From the NCBI RefSeq assembly GCF_006345805.1, contig NC_043018.1:29512001-29576000 (forward strand): 64,000 nt of DNA. Direction: 5' to 3'. This DNA comes from Octopus sinensis. Its lineage: Eukaryota. Positions 42,211-56,944 of this stretch are shown here, one piece after another (within the stretch, counting starts at the first letter, position 1; each line of letters starts with the position of its first letter). The translations under genes and the position numbers were made by a program. The notes under the pieces were generated by a model. The model was given only the letters and a program-made list of their open reading frames with translations. It made no database searches and was not told the origin of the DNA.

Positions 42211-42981
42211 TAAAATGAAAAAGAAAATCGTCGGAAAGGAAAAAGGAAAAAATCACCAACAGCATGTCTGTGAACAGCAGTGGAAAGCGATAGGGAAGGT
42301 GGTTTACACAGATTGAGGCACAGAGAGAGAGAAAGAGAGAGAGATGTTAGATATAGATTTAATCAAATCTATAATATATATTTCTACTCATCCTGCGTCT
42401 ATACCTCACAGGTGAGATGTTGTAAAATCTACTGCATTTGCATCACAGAAGCAGATTGCCTCTCCTCGGGTGATTTAAAAAAAATAAGTTCCTCGTTCTA
42501 TCTACTCTCCATTTCTCCTACGTCCACGTACACCAAAGAATTCCTGCAGCAAGTCCGGTAGCGTAATGCTCCACCGTTGATGTCGACAGCAGGTAGCCGA
42601 TGACAGTAGCCGAGCATGTGCCGGCACATGGCCTAGTGGTTAGAGCAGCGGACTCGCGGGTTCGAATCTGAGACCGGCGATGTGTGTGTTTATGAGCGAA
42701 AAAACCTAAGCTCCACGCGGCTCCGGCCGAAGGTAATGGTGAACTTCTGTTGACTCTTTCGCCACAACTTTCTCTCGCTCTTTCCTCCGCATCTTGTAGC
42801 TTACCTGGGATGTCCCGGCATCCCGTCCAGGTGGGGCACCTATACGCCAAGAAAACTGGGAACCCGGCCCTTATGAGCCAGGCGTAGAGGAGCATTACAC
42901 AGCATACTACAAGGTTTATATCCGTATATAATTAGTATTTTAACTATTTATATATGTGTCTGTGTATGTGTGTGTGCGCAC

Positions 42982-43019
<38 letters not shown>

Positions 43020-43279
43020 TGTGAGTTTGTGTGTGTGTGTTTGCGTGTGAGCTTGCGTCGTGTTAGTCCTTCTCCAACACTTGACAAGCAGTGTGAATTT
43101 TTTTACGTCTGTATGACTTAGCGGCTCACCAAAAGAAACCGACAGAATAAATACCAGACTTAATAAACAAACGCTAGATTCGATTTCTTCGATTAACCCC
43201 GTGAAGGCCGTGCTACAGCATGGCCGCGTTTCAATGAATGAAACAGATAAAACGTAAAAGATATATATAAAATATATTC

Positions 43280-43692
43280 AGCGCAGGAGTTGCTGTGTGG
43301 TAGGTAGCTTGTTTACCAACCGCATGGTTCCGGGTTCAGTCCCACTGCGTGGCACCTTGGGCAAGCGTCTTCTACTATAGACTCGGGACGACCAATGCCT
43401 TGTGAGTGAATTTGGTAGACGGAAACTGAAAGAAGCCTGTCGTATATATGTATATATATGTATATGTATGTGTGTGTTTGTGTGTCTGTGTTTGTCCCCC
43501 TAGCATTGCTTGACAACCGATGCTGGTGTGTTTACGTCCCCGTTACTTAGCGGTTCGGCAAAAGAGACCGATAGAATAAGTACTGGGCTTACAAAGAATA
43601 AGTCCCGGGTCGATTTGCTCGACTAAAGGCGGTGCTCCAGCATGGCCGCAGTCAAATGACTGAAACAAGTAAAAGAGTAAAAGAGTAAAGAG
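43280..43692 (+). mobile_element. SINE family B copy
   Basis: Full length. Other copies or fragments: -5385-5580, -16510-16848, +19445-19620, -19868-20060, -31770-32237, +41258-41430, +53923-54080, +54640-54840. Confidence 0.9.
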
Positions 43693-44003
43693 TATGTCTG
43701 AAATTTCGTTCCGTCACCAAACCAAATTTTCCTTTTCATCCTGCGTTTTTGTATATTGAAGAATAGGAAGCAATTTGTTTCCACGTAGACAATGAGACCA
43801 AAAGTAACGGTTAAATTACCATGGGGAGCGAAGTTTCCAAAGTTTTGCAGAGAAGCTTTGCCTGAGATGACAGGTTATTTTTCCAAATAATACAAACCAT
43901 GATGAAGCAGATCACAACAAGTCCGCTAGGATTCTGTTTTTTATCTTTAACCATACACACACACACACATACACAAACGCACACACACATAAACACGCAA
44001 GCA

Positions 44004-44080
<77 letters not shown>

Positions 44081-44140
44081 TATATATATATGTATGTATG
44101 TATATATATAATATATATATATAAATACATGTATATATAT

Positions 44141-44171
<31 letters not shown>

Positions 44172-44283
44172 AATACATGTATATACATATATATATATAT
44201 ATATATATCAATATGTATATATAGATACAATGTATATATATATATATATATTTTTATATATATATACATGTATTTGCATATAT

Positions 44284-44314
<31 letters not shown>

Positions 44315-44331
44315 CTATATATGCATATTGA

Positions 44332-44363
<32 letters not shown>

Positions 44364-44416
44364 CATGTATTTATATATATATATACATGTATTATATAAT
44401 ATATATATTTATATAT

Positions 44417-44451
<35 letters not shown>

Positions 44452-45029
44452 CATGTATTAATATATATATATGTATGCATACACGTATGATAGATATATA
44501 TCTCTCATATCATCTTTGTGACTCTCCTTATATATTCATATATAGACTCATATATATGTATACACAAATATATATAAATACAAAGACACAAAGACATGCA
44601 CACACACACACACACACACGCTCATATGTATACACCTTTATGCTTATATACATACATATGTGCGTGTATGTGTCTGTGTATAACCATATTCAAAGTGTAA
44701 TATATACATAGTCATATGCTGTGTGTGCGTGTATGTCTGTGTATCTTTGTATCGTATGTGTGTGTGTGTGGGTGCGCGCGTGTGTGTGTGTCTTTGTATT
44801 GTTGTGTCACGCACAGAGAGGAGACCAATGTCTGGTTTGTTTACGTCCAGAAAATGAAGCAGGTCCACAAAGGAGCCGATAAAATACGTACCAGACATGC
44901 AAATATATATTAGGAACGATTTATTTCTGTAAAACACTTCAAAGCGGTGCTCCAGCATGACCTCAGTCCACTGACTTAAATGAAAAGATAAAAAAATATA
45001 TTTGTAGTTATAAATATAATTAATTAACT

Positions 45030-46995
45030 TCACACTAAAATCTCTCTTATTTCTCTTATTGAACCCCCGTCAACACGCCACCCTGAGCTTCTTTAATCGA
45101 CAAAAAGCTGACCCTTTCACATCTCATGTCTTCCTCTCCGACTCATTCCTTCCTTAAAGAACACCAACTACCTACAAATCATTTCCCTTCACTATTCCTA
45201 CTTTCTCATACCCCTTCCTCTTCTTGGAATCCTTTTTTGTTCCCGTCCCAGCATTCACAATTTCCTTTTTCCTTCTAACGCAACGGCATTGATCGGACCC
45301 AGCCATGGCGTTACCTTCCCTAAATATGCTTCTAACAACTTCATATCTGTGCCCCAATGCTTCCTCTGTAATTCGATCTATTGCGATCAAAGGGCCAATA
45401 TGGAGTCGGCAGGTTCGCGAGGCACTTCAGTGACAACCAACTGAGCAATGAGTCGCCTGTCTCTCGATAATTTCGTCCCGTAGACCATTCCAACTAACAC
45501 CTCTTGTCCCTCGGCTTGGGCTCCGTCTATCATGCAGCATCGGAGATTACTGGAGAACATTTTCTCTCTGCCGACGTATGCTGTTTGGTCTAAATTCACC
45601 CCTTCATTTTGTAACCTGTTCCAGAATTCTCTTTAGTTTTCCTTTTCACTTTTTCTACATTCCCACATACATGCGATTCCCGCCCTCCCTCAATACACAT
45701 CACATAACCCTCACCATTCTCACATTTAAACACTCCAACAACAGCTTAATACAGTTTCTATAAATCACACAAAAACCCTCCTCTGACTAGCCTCGTTCAC
45801 ACATTCCCCTATACCTCTACACTTCATGTACGCAAACACACAATCTACTGCTATCTTAGTTCATAAGCCCCACTCTTCATTTATATACGAGCATACACAT
45901 ATACGCATACACCCATACACTGTTACTCTGACGAACACGTGTCGACATACGCTTGAACTCACTCACACATTCATTTTTCGAAATCTTGGCATTGCTGTTT
46001 TTGGTAGGGTTTTGAGTCACTCCTTTATTTCCACTTATCAATTCTACTTGATTTTTACGGATTCTTTAGCTTTCCAACATCCCTTCAATCAAGCACCTAC
46101 TTCCATCGCTTCCTTTTCTTATGAACTCGCCTCTCAAAATGAACAACTTATATCCTCACCACTCTTTTCTTTTCATACCAAGCGCGTCACATCCGACATT
46201 TTGCTCGTCACAGTTATTTCTTCTCGGTGAGTTTCACCAGCATCTTCATTCCAAATATCTTTTCTACTTCATAGATTTTAATAGGTTTCTACAAACCTCT
46301 CAACACTCTATCAAAGTTTCTGGTTACTTTACGATTGTTGAATAATCTCAACCAATTTCTTTGGCTTTTATTCTCGCTAAAGAATTCCTGCACTTTTTTC
46401 TCTTTTTCAAATTTTAGTTTGAACTCTCTTCATTTTAAGCGTTCTCCCACTACTGCTTATTTGTGTAATACTTGCCTTATACACTTACTTGTGTTATACG
46501 CTTGCATACACATCAATAATACTTTCCTCATAACTCTTGTCTTCCCATTCGCTTCGCTTCGACAATATGATAATTCACATGCTTTCACACCTCGAATCCA
46601 TTATACACGCATGCTTAAACCACAAGGCCAGTACACTTCATCAGTTGTATGCTTCTGAATGCACACACCATGTTTAACACCACGACCACCACCGACCAAA
46701 TATTTCCCTGTTTTCTGATTCTCATGCCCATCTATACAAAAGCTCTTTAATTCTCTCTAAACTTCCCCAAAGAACAGCACTTCAACCAGTTTTCTGACCC
46801 TTCAAATGTATTTTCTTTTTTTCTGTCCATTAACCATTCAAATCCCTCCGTCGTTCTCTCTTTCTTCCGATGACGGACTGACGCCTGTGAACTTGAAACA
46901 CTTTCTCTTTCCATTAAAGTGTTAAGCTAATACTTTATTTTCAAACTTTAGTCTTCCTGCGTTGTTATTTCTGTTGTTCATTGTATTTATTCCCA
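45030..46995 (+). mobile_element. Decayed Penelope-like element 3' part (GIY-YIG endonuclease relic plus long 3' region and pseudo-LTR)
   Basis: 45358-45610 reads, with frameshifts and a stop, CFLCNSIYCDQ..RFARHFSDNQLSNESPVSR*F..FGLNSPLHF. This matches the Penelope GIY-YIG pattern CxxCxxxYIGxT..RFxEH..PVxxHF..GLN. HHR remnant CCGATGA at 46867; downstream GTGTTAAGCTAAT resembles the 4020-4140 family. Confidence 0.6.
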
Positions 46996-47737
46996 TCACA
47001 TAAACACACACACGCGCTTGCGCACATACAAAATAAGATACGTGTGTCTGGCTCTTTGGGTAGAATAGATAATAATTATCCGTTAAATGGAAACTATCTG
47101 CATAAAACATTACTAAAAAGTTACCGCAAGTACACATAGTGTATGCCAATCTAAGGCAGCGAACGCTCAGAATCGTTAGCACACCAGACAAAATGCTTAG
47201 CGCGATTTCGTCCGTCTTTAAGTTCTGAGTTCAAATTTCGCCAAGGTCGACTTTATTTTCATCCTTTCGGAGTCGATAAAATAAAGCACCAGTTGAGCAT
47301 TCGGGTTGACGTATTCGACTTAAATCCTCCCCCGAAATTACTGGATTTGTGCCAAAATTTGAAGCAGATATTACATAAGATCTAAAACAATAGGAACCGT
47401 TTTGTAATCGACTTAATCCCCTTCCCCAAGTTGCCCTTGTAGCAAAAATTTGAAAGCATTATCATTATGTGTGTATGTATGGATGGATGGATGTTTGTGT
47501 GTTCGTTGTTTTCCTGCTTTTTAGCAATTTTTCTTCTTCCTCTTCTTTCTTCTTCGGGTGGCGAGATGGCAGAATCGATCACACATTCGACAAAATGCTT
47601 AGCAGTATTTCGACCGTATGTACGTTCTAAGTTCAAATTCCACCGAGGTCGACTTCAACTTTCATCATTTCGGGGTCGATAAAATAAATTACCAGTCGAG
47701 CACTGGGGTTAATAAGTTTCAGGCCTTGTGCCTATTG

Positions 47738-47763
47738 TATCATCATCATCATCATCATCATCA

Positions 47764-47796
<33 letters not shown>

Positions 47797-47973
47797 GTCA
47801 TCATCGTCATCGTCAATCATCAATCTTCAATCATCATCATCAGTCATCCGTCATCAATCATTAATCATGAGTCACCAGTCATCAATCATCAGTCATCAAT
47901 CATCACCACTCATTGATCATCAATCATCAATTATCAACCATCAATCATCAACCATCAATCATCAACCATCAAC

Positions 47974-48027
<54 letters not shown>

Positions 48028-48120
48028 TATCATCATCATCATCATCATCATAATCGTTATCATGATCATCATCATTATTATCATCATCATCATCATCATT
48101 ATTATAATCATTGTCATTAT
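47738..48120. repeat. (CAT)n/(CATCAAT)n compound microsatellite
   Basis: Seen directly. Other simple repeats: (GATA)n 20280-20328 and 35118-35214, (CTA)n 23348-23395, (TAG)n 55148-55245, many (TA)n tracts. Confidence 0.95.
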
Positions 48121-48275
48121 TCAGTAGTTTTATCTTTATCATGTGCTTTCACTGCCTTACCGAGCGCAGCTGTGTGCCTTGGGTATGTGCTGTGGTTTCG
48201 TTGTGATGCTCTTGTGATGACCTTACATAGGATGTGTGTGGTGCCTACTTGTGCTATTTTCTGAATGTTATATAT
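48121..48275 (-). mobile_element. R4/Dong-like LINE extreme 3' fragment, different subfamily
   Basis: Minus strand reads YNIQKIAQVGTTHILCK, then a UTR running into the (ATG/ATA)n tract. Confidence 0.55.
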
Positions 48276-48751
48276 GCTTGTTAGTCAAAGTCGTACATAC
48301 ATACATACATACATACATACATACATACATACATACATACATACATACGTATATGTATACATTGCAGTACTTAATAATGCAAATTACATTGCGTAATTTA
48401 ATTAGTGTTATATCTATATTTAATTCTTGTATTCACACACACACACATACGTAAACACACACAAGCACTCACACGTTGATTTATATATGCATATATATAA
48501 ATGCATATATAAATACATATATCTATAGATACATATACACAAACACACATATAATATACATATATGAAATATATATATATAATATAGATAGAATATAGTA
48601 TATTATATACATAAAATATATATATTAATATATATATTATATATATGTATATATATATCAATATATATAATCTATATATATATATATATATATCTATATA
48701 TTATATATAATATATATAATACATATATATATATATATATAATAATATATA

Positions 48752-48791
<40 letters not shown>

Positions 48792-49011
48792 TATAATATA
48801 TATATATATATATGGACACGTGAGTGTCATTTTATAGTAAGTATTTTATTATTTTGTGTGATATTCTGATTTATTACATTGTGATATGCTGCACGTATTA
48901 TGTGATAGTCTGCGTGTAAATTAGTTTACTGTGTATATTATAATTCAGTTTTACGGATATTAGATGCATACATATGCATATACATATGCATATATATATA
49001 TATATTTATAA

Positions 49012-49071
<60 letters not shown>

Positions 49072-49439
49072 ATACATACATATATATACTGTTAAATATA
49101 TATGTACATAACCATATCTGCATATACATATAACCATACGTATATATATATATATCTGGGGTAGATTTGCTCGTCTAAAAGGCGGTGCTCCAGCATGGCC
49201 GCAGTCAAATGACTGAAACAAGTAAAAGACAGTAAAGAGTAATAGTAACTATATTACCTGTAGAAACTACATTACAATACCTGGAGCAGAGAGGTCATGT
49301 CATTGATTAGTAATCGACTAATATACAAATAAAGAAGTGAAACAGTACCCATCCGTGTGTTTATTGCAAGCATAATGACCTTCCCGAGACATAACGAAAT
49401 ACATTGTAACTGTTATCATATATACGTAGATATGTAGAT

Positions 49440-49660
49440 ACTTGTTTCAATTGTTTCAGTCATTTGACCGTGGCCATGCTGGTGCACTGCCTTTAGTCGA
49501 GCAAAACCACCCCAGGACTTATTTTTTGTAAGCCTAGTACTTATTATATCGGTTCTTTTGCCGAACCGCTAAGTTACGGGGACGTAAACGTAACGGCATT
49601 GTCAAGCGATGTTTGGGTGGATAAACACACACACACACAAACATAGACACACACATACAC

Positions 49661-49709
<49 letters not shown>

Positions 49710-50250
49710 TATATACGACGGGCTTCTTTCAGTTTCCGTCTACCAAATATATTCACAAGGCTTTGGTCCGCCCGAGGGTATCGTAGAAGACACTTGCCCA
49801 AGGAGCCACGCAATGGTACTGAACGCAGAACAATGAGGTTCGTAAGCAGGCTACTTACCACACAGCCACTCCTACGCCTTGTTTACCTCTCACTTCTTTC
49901 ACCCATTAGACTGCGGCCATATTGTGGTATCGCCTTGAAGAATTTTAGTCGAATCAATGGAACCTACTCCTATTTTTTAAGTATGGTTCTTACTCTATCG
50001 GCTCTTTTACTGAACTGTTAAATTACGGGAACGTAAACATATCAACACCGGTTATCAAACAGTGGTAGGGAACAAACAGAGGCACAAACACACACACAAA
50101 CACACACACCACAGTCTCCGTCTACCAAATCCGCTTACAAAGCTTTGGTTGGCCAGAGGCTATAGTATAAAGCACTTGCCGATGGGGACTGAACCCGGCA
50201 CCGTGTGATTGAAAAACACACTTCTAACCGCACTGCTACTCCCGCGTCTA
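49440..50250 (-). mobile_element. Two tandem SINE family B copies
   Basis: 49440-49878 and 49895-50250. Confidence 0.85.
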
Positions 50251-51043
50251 TGTGTCTATCTTCTTAATAACTTTCATAATAATATATTATAAAATTAAAA
50301 CAGAATTTATAACTATTAACTTCCTAATAATACTTTCACTTGGTATATTATTCTTCAATAATTTAATTGCTAATTCATATTCATTCTAACACGTCCTAAT
50401 CTATTGCATTACTTTCAACTAAATATCTTACATCACTATTAAAACCAAATCTCTGTACAAGTGCATCATATCTAAAAATCTCCTTACATACAATAACACG
50501 AATAACATTAATTTTAAATAGGGGTTACATCCACTAATTCCCTATTGCTTTAATACAATATTATTACATTTACTCAGCCTATCAAGTTAAGATGATCACA
50601 AATCAACTATTCTAACTTAATCAAATATTATTATCATTTATCTAAGTAATCTAATATTGATTCTTACTATGTGGAATTAGAAATTATTATTTTCCATTTT
50701 AATCTAAAATTTGATATTCTCTACTTTGTTGTATTATATAGTATTGCTGCGTATTGTTTTGTATGAACACTTTATTATACTTTATCATGTTATATTTTAT
50801 GTCGGTTTTAAGATATATATGTGTATCATTTGCAATGTTGCTAATGGTGTGAAATGTACTGTGTGAGCTGTTCTTCGTATTAAGCATTTAAGATACTGCT
50901 CCCTATTACAATAGATAACATTATTTATTGTCATAAACGAACATAAAAATGCATGCACTAGGAATGAGTAATATACATATTGATACATACATACACACAT
51001 ATATAGATATTGATATAGATATGAATGCATGCACATAAATGTT

Positions 51044-51095
<52 letters not shown>

Positions 51096-52382
51096 ATGTA
51101 TGTACATATGCATGTTTGTATATATTTGTATAAAGATTATCTATACAGATTTACATATATATATATATATGCATGTATGTATATATGTGTGTGTGTGGAT
51201 GTATGTACATATACTACATATACTCACATATATAACAATACTATGTATGTATGTATTTGTATAAAGATATATCTATACAGATTTGCATATATATATTCAT
51301 GTATGTGTGTGTGTGTGTGGATGTATGTATTTATACATATACACACATATATAAGAATACTATATATGTATGTATATATTTGTATAAAAATATATCTATA
51401 CAAATTTACATATATATATGCATGTATGTGTGTGTATGTGTGTGTGTGTGTGTGTGGATGTATGTATTTATACATATACACACATATATAAGTATACTAT
51501 ATACACATACGTTTTCATACACATGTACTGATTCATGCATTACATACATATAAACACTTGCATGTAAATGTATATATATGCATACTTATATTCAAATACG
51601 GATTAATACAGACACATATACATACAGATATATGCCTATATATATTTACATACCAATGCATACACATATACATACAAATTCAGGAAAATATCTGATGGAG
51701 TTTTGCCAGAGCCTTTTTGTATGTTGGAAGAAAAGCATCAGGGCCTAGCACTGAGTTCAACCTCTTCTCATTCATTGCCGATGTTACATTTTTTTTTCCG
51801 TGCGATGTAATGGTGGTGACACCTCCTCAGTGTAGGGCAGCAGTGTTGAAGAACTTCAAATTTATTTATTTACATATCTTCTGGCGGAGGTTAAGGGAAA
51901 CACTGGACTTATTTAATATTTCAATTATTTATTTGGCGTATGCAGGCTGTAAGCTATCTTCCCATCAGAGAATGGCCCTTTATCACAAGGCAACAAATCG
52001 AATTCTATTACAGAAATACTGACGGCCTAAAGCTTGGTTTTTATATTTTATGCCCTGGTTTCTAGGTCTTTCTTCTATTCATGGAGAGAGAATAATCTAT
52101 TTTCAGTCTCTGAAAGTACGTTTTCTAAATGAACTCCTAACCATCATATCTCATTCCATCCATTCTCTCCACCCAATATTCATGGGAGGGTCGTTTGGGG
52201 GTGAATCTTCCTGTACTTCTCTACAGATGTAATTGTCAATACAATTTCCAGCTGGATTGCCAAATGTGACTACCTGAGTTAATAGATAATATCCCACCAT
52301 TTCGTTGTTGGTCTACCCATAGGTCTCCAGCCAATTCACCTGGCTTGAAGAATATGTTTTGTGATTCTTTCTAGCGATATCC

Positions 52383-52824
52383 GGATCTTTTCGGTTTGAA
52401 CGGCAGTTTTTTCTAGCGATGTCATATGAAATTGTCACACATAATTATGACCCTAGAATCGATCTATTGCATTTCAATCTCTTTTAGGGTTAGGATTACT
52501 TAGGGTTAGTTAGGGTTAGGGTTAGGGTGGGGGGAGGGTATCTTTTTTTCTTCACAAATGTAAATAAACCCAATCTGTTTCTTAAACGAGGGACATATTC
52601 ATACGGCACAGAATGCTTTTTAACTCAATAGACGTCAGTGATTGGTTGAAATTGCATAAATTGAAGAAAAAAACAACAAATATCTTACAAACTATAGAAT
52701 TTTCCCAATAAAGCCAAGAAAAAAAAAGATGTTTTATAAACACATTCTACCAATATACGAAGTTTAAAATTTTTTAGTTACCTAGAAATTATGTTAAAAA
52801 CTGCCGTTCGAACCGAAAAGATCC
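52383..52824 (-). mobile_element. Same MITE family, full length
   Basis: Both TIRs present; flanks CGATATCC/CGAAATCC; internal (TTAGGG)-like tract 52485-52528. Confidence 0.9.
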
Positions 52825-53438
52825 CGAAATCCTAATCACGTGTCCTTAGTGTCGACGCTATGATCTCTCAATGTGTCACAAGCTGTCATTAAGACGTATA
52901 TTTAAGCGATTCGATATCTTAATACTTCGTCCTATAATGATTCTCTTCTCTCTAAGGAGAATGATTTTATAGGTATTTGTTCTTATATTTATATTTAGGT
53001 CAATTTGAATGCGAACAGATAGCATTTTTTAAAAATTATTTTAAAAGTCTCATGTCCTTGTCCTGCTTAGATATATTTCCGAACGAATGTTGTTTCAGAA
53101 TTATTTTTTAATCAATTTCCAGATAGCTTTGTACAATTTCAGGTCGGAGACTGTCCAAAATTTCAATTTTCTTTAGGCCATATATTATTAGTTTTTGTAT
53201 GGCATATGAAGACGAGTAGCTAGTAGCTACATCGTTGCACGCACGATATTGCGATTGTGATTTCGATACCCACACCGGTCGATACGTTGTGTTCTTGATG
53301 AAAACAATTAATTTCAAGTTGCTGTGCAATCCCTTTGACATGTGACGTGTGGGGTACACTCTATCACGTACGAAGTCAATGTCGATGTGATAGAGAAAGT
53401 GACTAAATGTATAGAGCAAACATTTAATCATTGTAAAC

Positions 53439-53551
53439 CAGCCGTGGCTAACCTCGGCAAACGGGTGTTTCTGAATGGCTCAATTAAGGATAAATTACCT
53501 TGAAATTTTCAGTAGTGCGGCCCGCATCTCGGAAAAGGTCGCTTATGCCTG
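53439..53551. mobile_element. hAT/Charlie-like mini element
   Basis: CAG..GGCTAACCT start, subterminal TGCGGCCCGC motif, AAGGT..CCTG end. Confidence 0.4.
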
Positions 53552-54078
53552 CTATAAATAAATCATCTGTGCAGGCTTTTCAGCAAAAAACTCCGAAGCC
53601 CTCATCGGAGGTTTACGACAGAAGACTCCATGGCTTGAAAAAAAAACCGTTGATATCGTCTTCACATTGTGGTTGAGTTACATGTTATTAGTGAAGCAAA
53701 GTTTCAAGATCTCGGTTACTATTGAATTATTGAGTAGTAATTCTGCTTCATTTGGTTTATCGCTTGACTTTCATCATATTATGATACTTAAGACCACTTG
53801 TGGTTGCGCGATTTCCATTCACGCAACGGAATCGAATTGGTTTAGTTTCCGTCTTCCTTCATCAAATTTACCATCGTGGTTTAAATCCTTGAGTGGAATG
53901 TAAGATGTACATATTGTTGAGCAGGCGTGGCTGTGTGGTAAGAAACTTGCTTCCCAACCACGTGTTTCGGGTTCAGTCCTCCTGCGCAACACCTTGGGCA
54001 AGTATCTTCTACTACATCCCCGTGCCGATTACAGCCTTGTGACTGGATTTCTTAACCGGAAACTGAAAAAAGCCCGTC

Positions 54079-54138
<60 letters not shown>

Positions 54139-54141
<3 letters not shown>

Positions 54142-54398
54142 AAATGTAATATGTGACTATTATTCAGCAGTCAATATAAAACTCTGAGTTTCGGACGCCG
54201 AGGTGGAAATCCGCGCCAACATCTCTTCAGTTATCGATGGCCGGATAACTGAAGAGATGTTGGCGTGGTTTTCACCTCGGCATCCGAAACTCAGAGTTTT
54301 ATGTTGACTGCGAATAATTGTCACATATTACATTTACAGATGATTCATCTATTTTCATAATATCGAGTCTCTTTATTTCTTTTATCTTACCGTTTCAA

Positions 54399-54402
<4 letters not shown>
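54139..54402. mobile_element. Fold-back element (about 97-bp arms) with an HHR in each arm, inside (TA)n
   Basis: 54139-54235 pairs imperfectly with 54244-54338 around an 8-nt spacer. Confidence 0.75.
54245..54302 (+). ncRNA. Type I HHR, canonical core (mirror copy 54176-54234 on - strand)
   Basis: ATAA CTGAAGA GATGTTG...CGGCATC c GAAA CT cag AG TT TTAT. Confidence 0.7.
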
Positions 54403-54437
<35 letters not shown>

Positions 54438-55210
54438 TATATCTATATATATATATATATATATTCACGTGATCACGTGATCGGCCAGGTTATGAGATGT
54501 TGCTACACATCGCTGGTCACAATGCGCTTCGCATTGTTTTAGACTTCAAATGACGCCACCCCGCTGGCTAAGCGAGTAGGCCATATACATATATGCGTGT
54601 GCGTGAGTGTGTGTATCTATGTGTGAATGTCTCTGACTTAATGTGTTTGTCTCTCCGGCATCGCTTGACAACCGGTATTGGTATGTTCACATCCCTGTAA
54701 CTTAGCGGTTATGCAAAAGAGACCGATAGAATAAGTACAAGACTTTTTTTAAAATTCCTGGTTTCAAATTGTTCGACTAAAACACTTCAAGGCTGTGCTC
54801 CAGCATGGCCGCGGTCAAATGACTGAAACAAGTAAAAGAATAAAATAATATATGTACAATTTGTGTGTCACAGCACGAAGATGAATGTAAGAGCTGGGAT
54901 TACGAAATGACGTCTCAATTGCCTCTCGTGTCTTTTTCTTTCCTGTCGGTAGAAAACGTTTTTTTCCAGTTTTACGTTCTGAGTTCAAATACCGCCGGCG
55001 TCGACTTTTGTCTGCTTTCACTTCGGGGTCGATAATATAAGTATGAGATGAAAGCTGTGGTCGATACAGTTGATTAGTCCCTTCCACCAGTAATTTAAGG
55101 CCACGTGCCTGTAGAAGAAAGAAATATTATTAGTCGTCAAAGTCACTGTAGTAGTAGTAGTAGCAATAGTACTAGTAGTAGTAGTAGTAGTAGTAGCAGC
55201 AGCAGTAGTA

Positions 55211-55243
<33 letters not shown>

Positions 55244-55348
55244 GTTGTAAATTGTGTTAATCTGTGAATTTAACTGGCATTTCTGCTGATATACTTCCAC
55301 TTCCATATTACATATACATACATACGTATACACACACACATATATATA

Positions 55349-55387
<39 letters not shown>

Positions 55388-55393
55388 CATATA

Positions 55394-55424
<31 letters not shown>

Positions 55425-55432
55425 TACATATA

Positions 55433-55506
<74 letters not shown>

Positions 55507-56340
55507 CGGATATTAGAATCACATAAAATAAACAAAAAGATCTGAAACAAATATCCATATATTTCGAAATATTTATTTCGGTCTTAGGCTCTCTGGAAAT
55601 AATTTATTTCTTATCACACCTCATGGCTGGCTCCAATAATGCAATTATTAATGGACACCAGAGCATAATTATATTTTCGATAGGAATATTTTGCTGTTAA
55701 CATATACAATTGTAGTGAAATCTTATAGAAAAACAGTGAGTATGTGTAGCATAGCGCGATGGCTAACTGTATAAAACTGTGGCTTTTCGCAATACGATGG
55801 TTGTTAATTCTTTATAAATACAGAGGCAGAAAAGTACTGCAGTTCATGTTTTCCATCGATTTGTTTGTTTGATTTTTCTTTTAGGTTTGACCTCATATAT
55901 CATAGATAGGAAACATCGAGAAAGAGGTTAGGAACTGAAGGACAAAAGAAGAGGAAATGAAATATAATAATGAAATATAAAAGCAAGCATCGATAAAAAT
56001 GAAAATGTCGATGCTGAGTAAAAATAAAGTATTGGATATGATATAAAACAAACAATTTTCTCTGAGTGATTTGCCATAATTGTGTCTGTAACTATTGGTT
56101 TTGAGTATCTGGAAATATGTTGGTCAATGATTAAGACACATCGGGGAGGTGCGTTTTTTATACAAGAAATAAACTACCAAATCAATAGAAATGAGAAAGA
56201 AAAGAAAAAGAAACAACTATTTGATATTTAACATGAAAATATCATTTAGTTCTAGTTAGACATTTGTCAGATTTGGAGGTAACAATGGAGGAGGTGGAAA
56301 CTTGTTTGTGGTTTTTTAAAATTTTATTTTCTCATCATCA

Positions 56341-56401
<61 letters not shown>

Positions 56402-56851
56402 GTTTTTTCCTTCTTTCTTCAAATTTTCTTCCATTTCTCGCCGAGTGTTTTCCATACACCTAGGGCAGAGAAGCTCATTGTAAGCATTCTCAGATTACAC
56501 GCGCAAATTCACAAATAAAATATGCATTTAAAATTAATAAATTCATGCATGGATGTTGTTTTCACAATGATAATGCTCTTCTCAGTACGTGAGTCGTTCC
56601 AGTTAATACGATTTTTTGCACTTCCTGTAGGGATGGTAATCCTGGAATCATTTTCAAATAGGTTTCAGTACCTTTTTTTTTATTATTCCTAGAGATCCTA
56701 CAATCACTGGTACTGTAGTCGCCTTGAGATTTGCCACATTTTTTCAATTTCTATTAGCAAGTCTTTATATTTACTTATCTTGTCGAATTCTTTCGCCGCT
56801 ATTTTGTGATCGTAAGGAATATTCATGTCAATTAATAAACACATCTTTTTT
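56402..56851 (-). mobile_element. R4/Dong LINE 3' fragment, same family
   Basis: MCLLIDMNIPYDHKIAAKEFDKISKYKDLLIEIEKMW and IPGLPSLQEVQKIVLTGTTHVLRRALS; homologous 3' UTR; flanked by (TTA)n. Confidence 0.9.
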
Positions 56852-56852
56852 G

Positions 56853-56887
<35 letters not shown>

Positions 56888-56907
56888 ATTATTATTATTA
56901 TTATTAC

Positions 56908-56944
<37 letters not shown>

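Noticed and set aside
52485-52528. Telomere or fusion scar
   Set aside because: Internal part of a MITE present in several copies.
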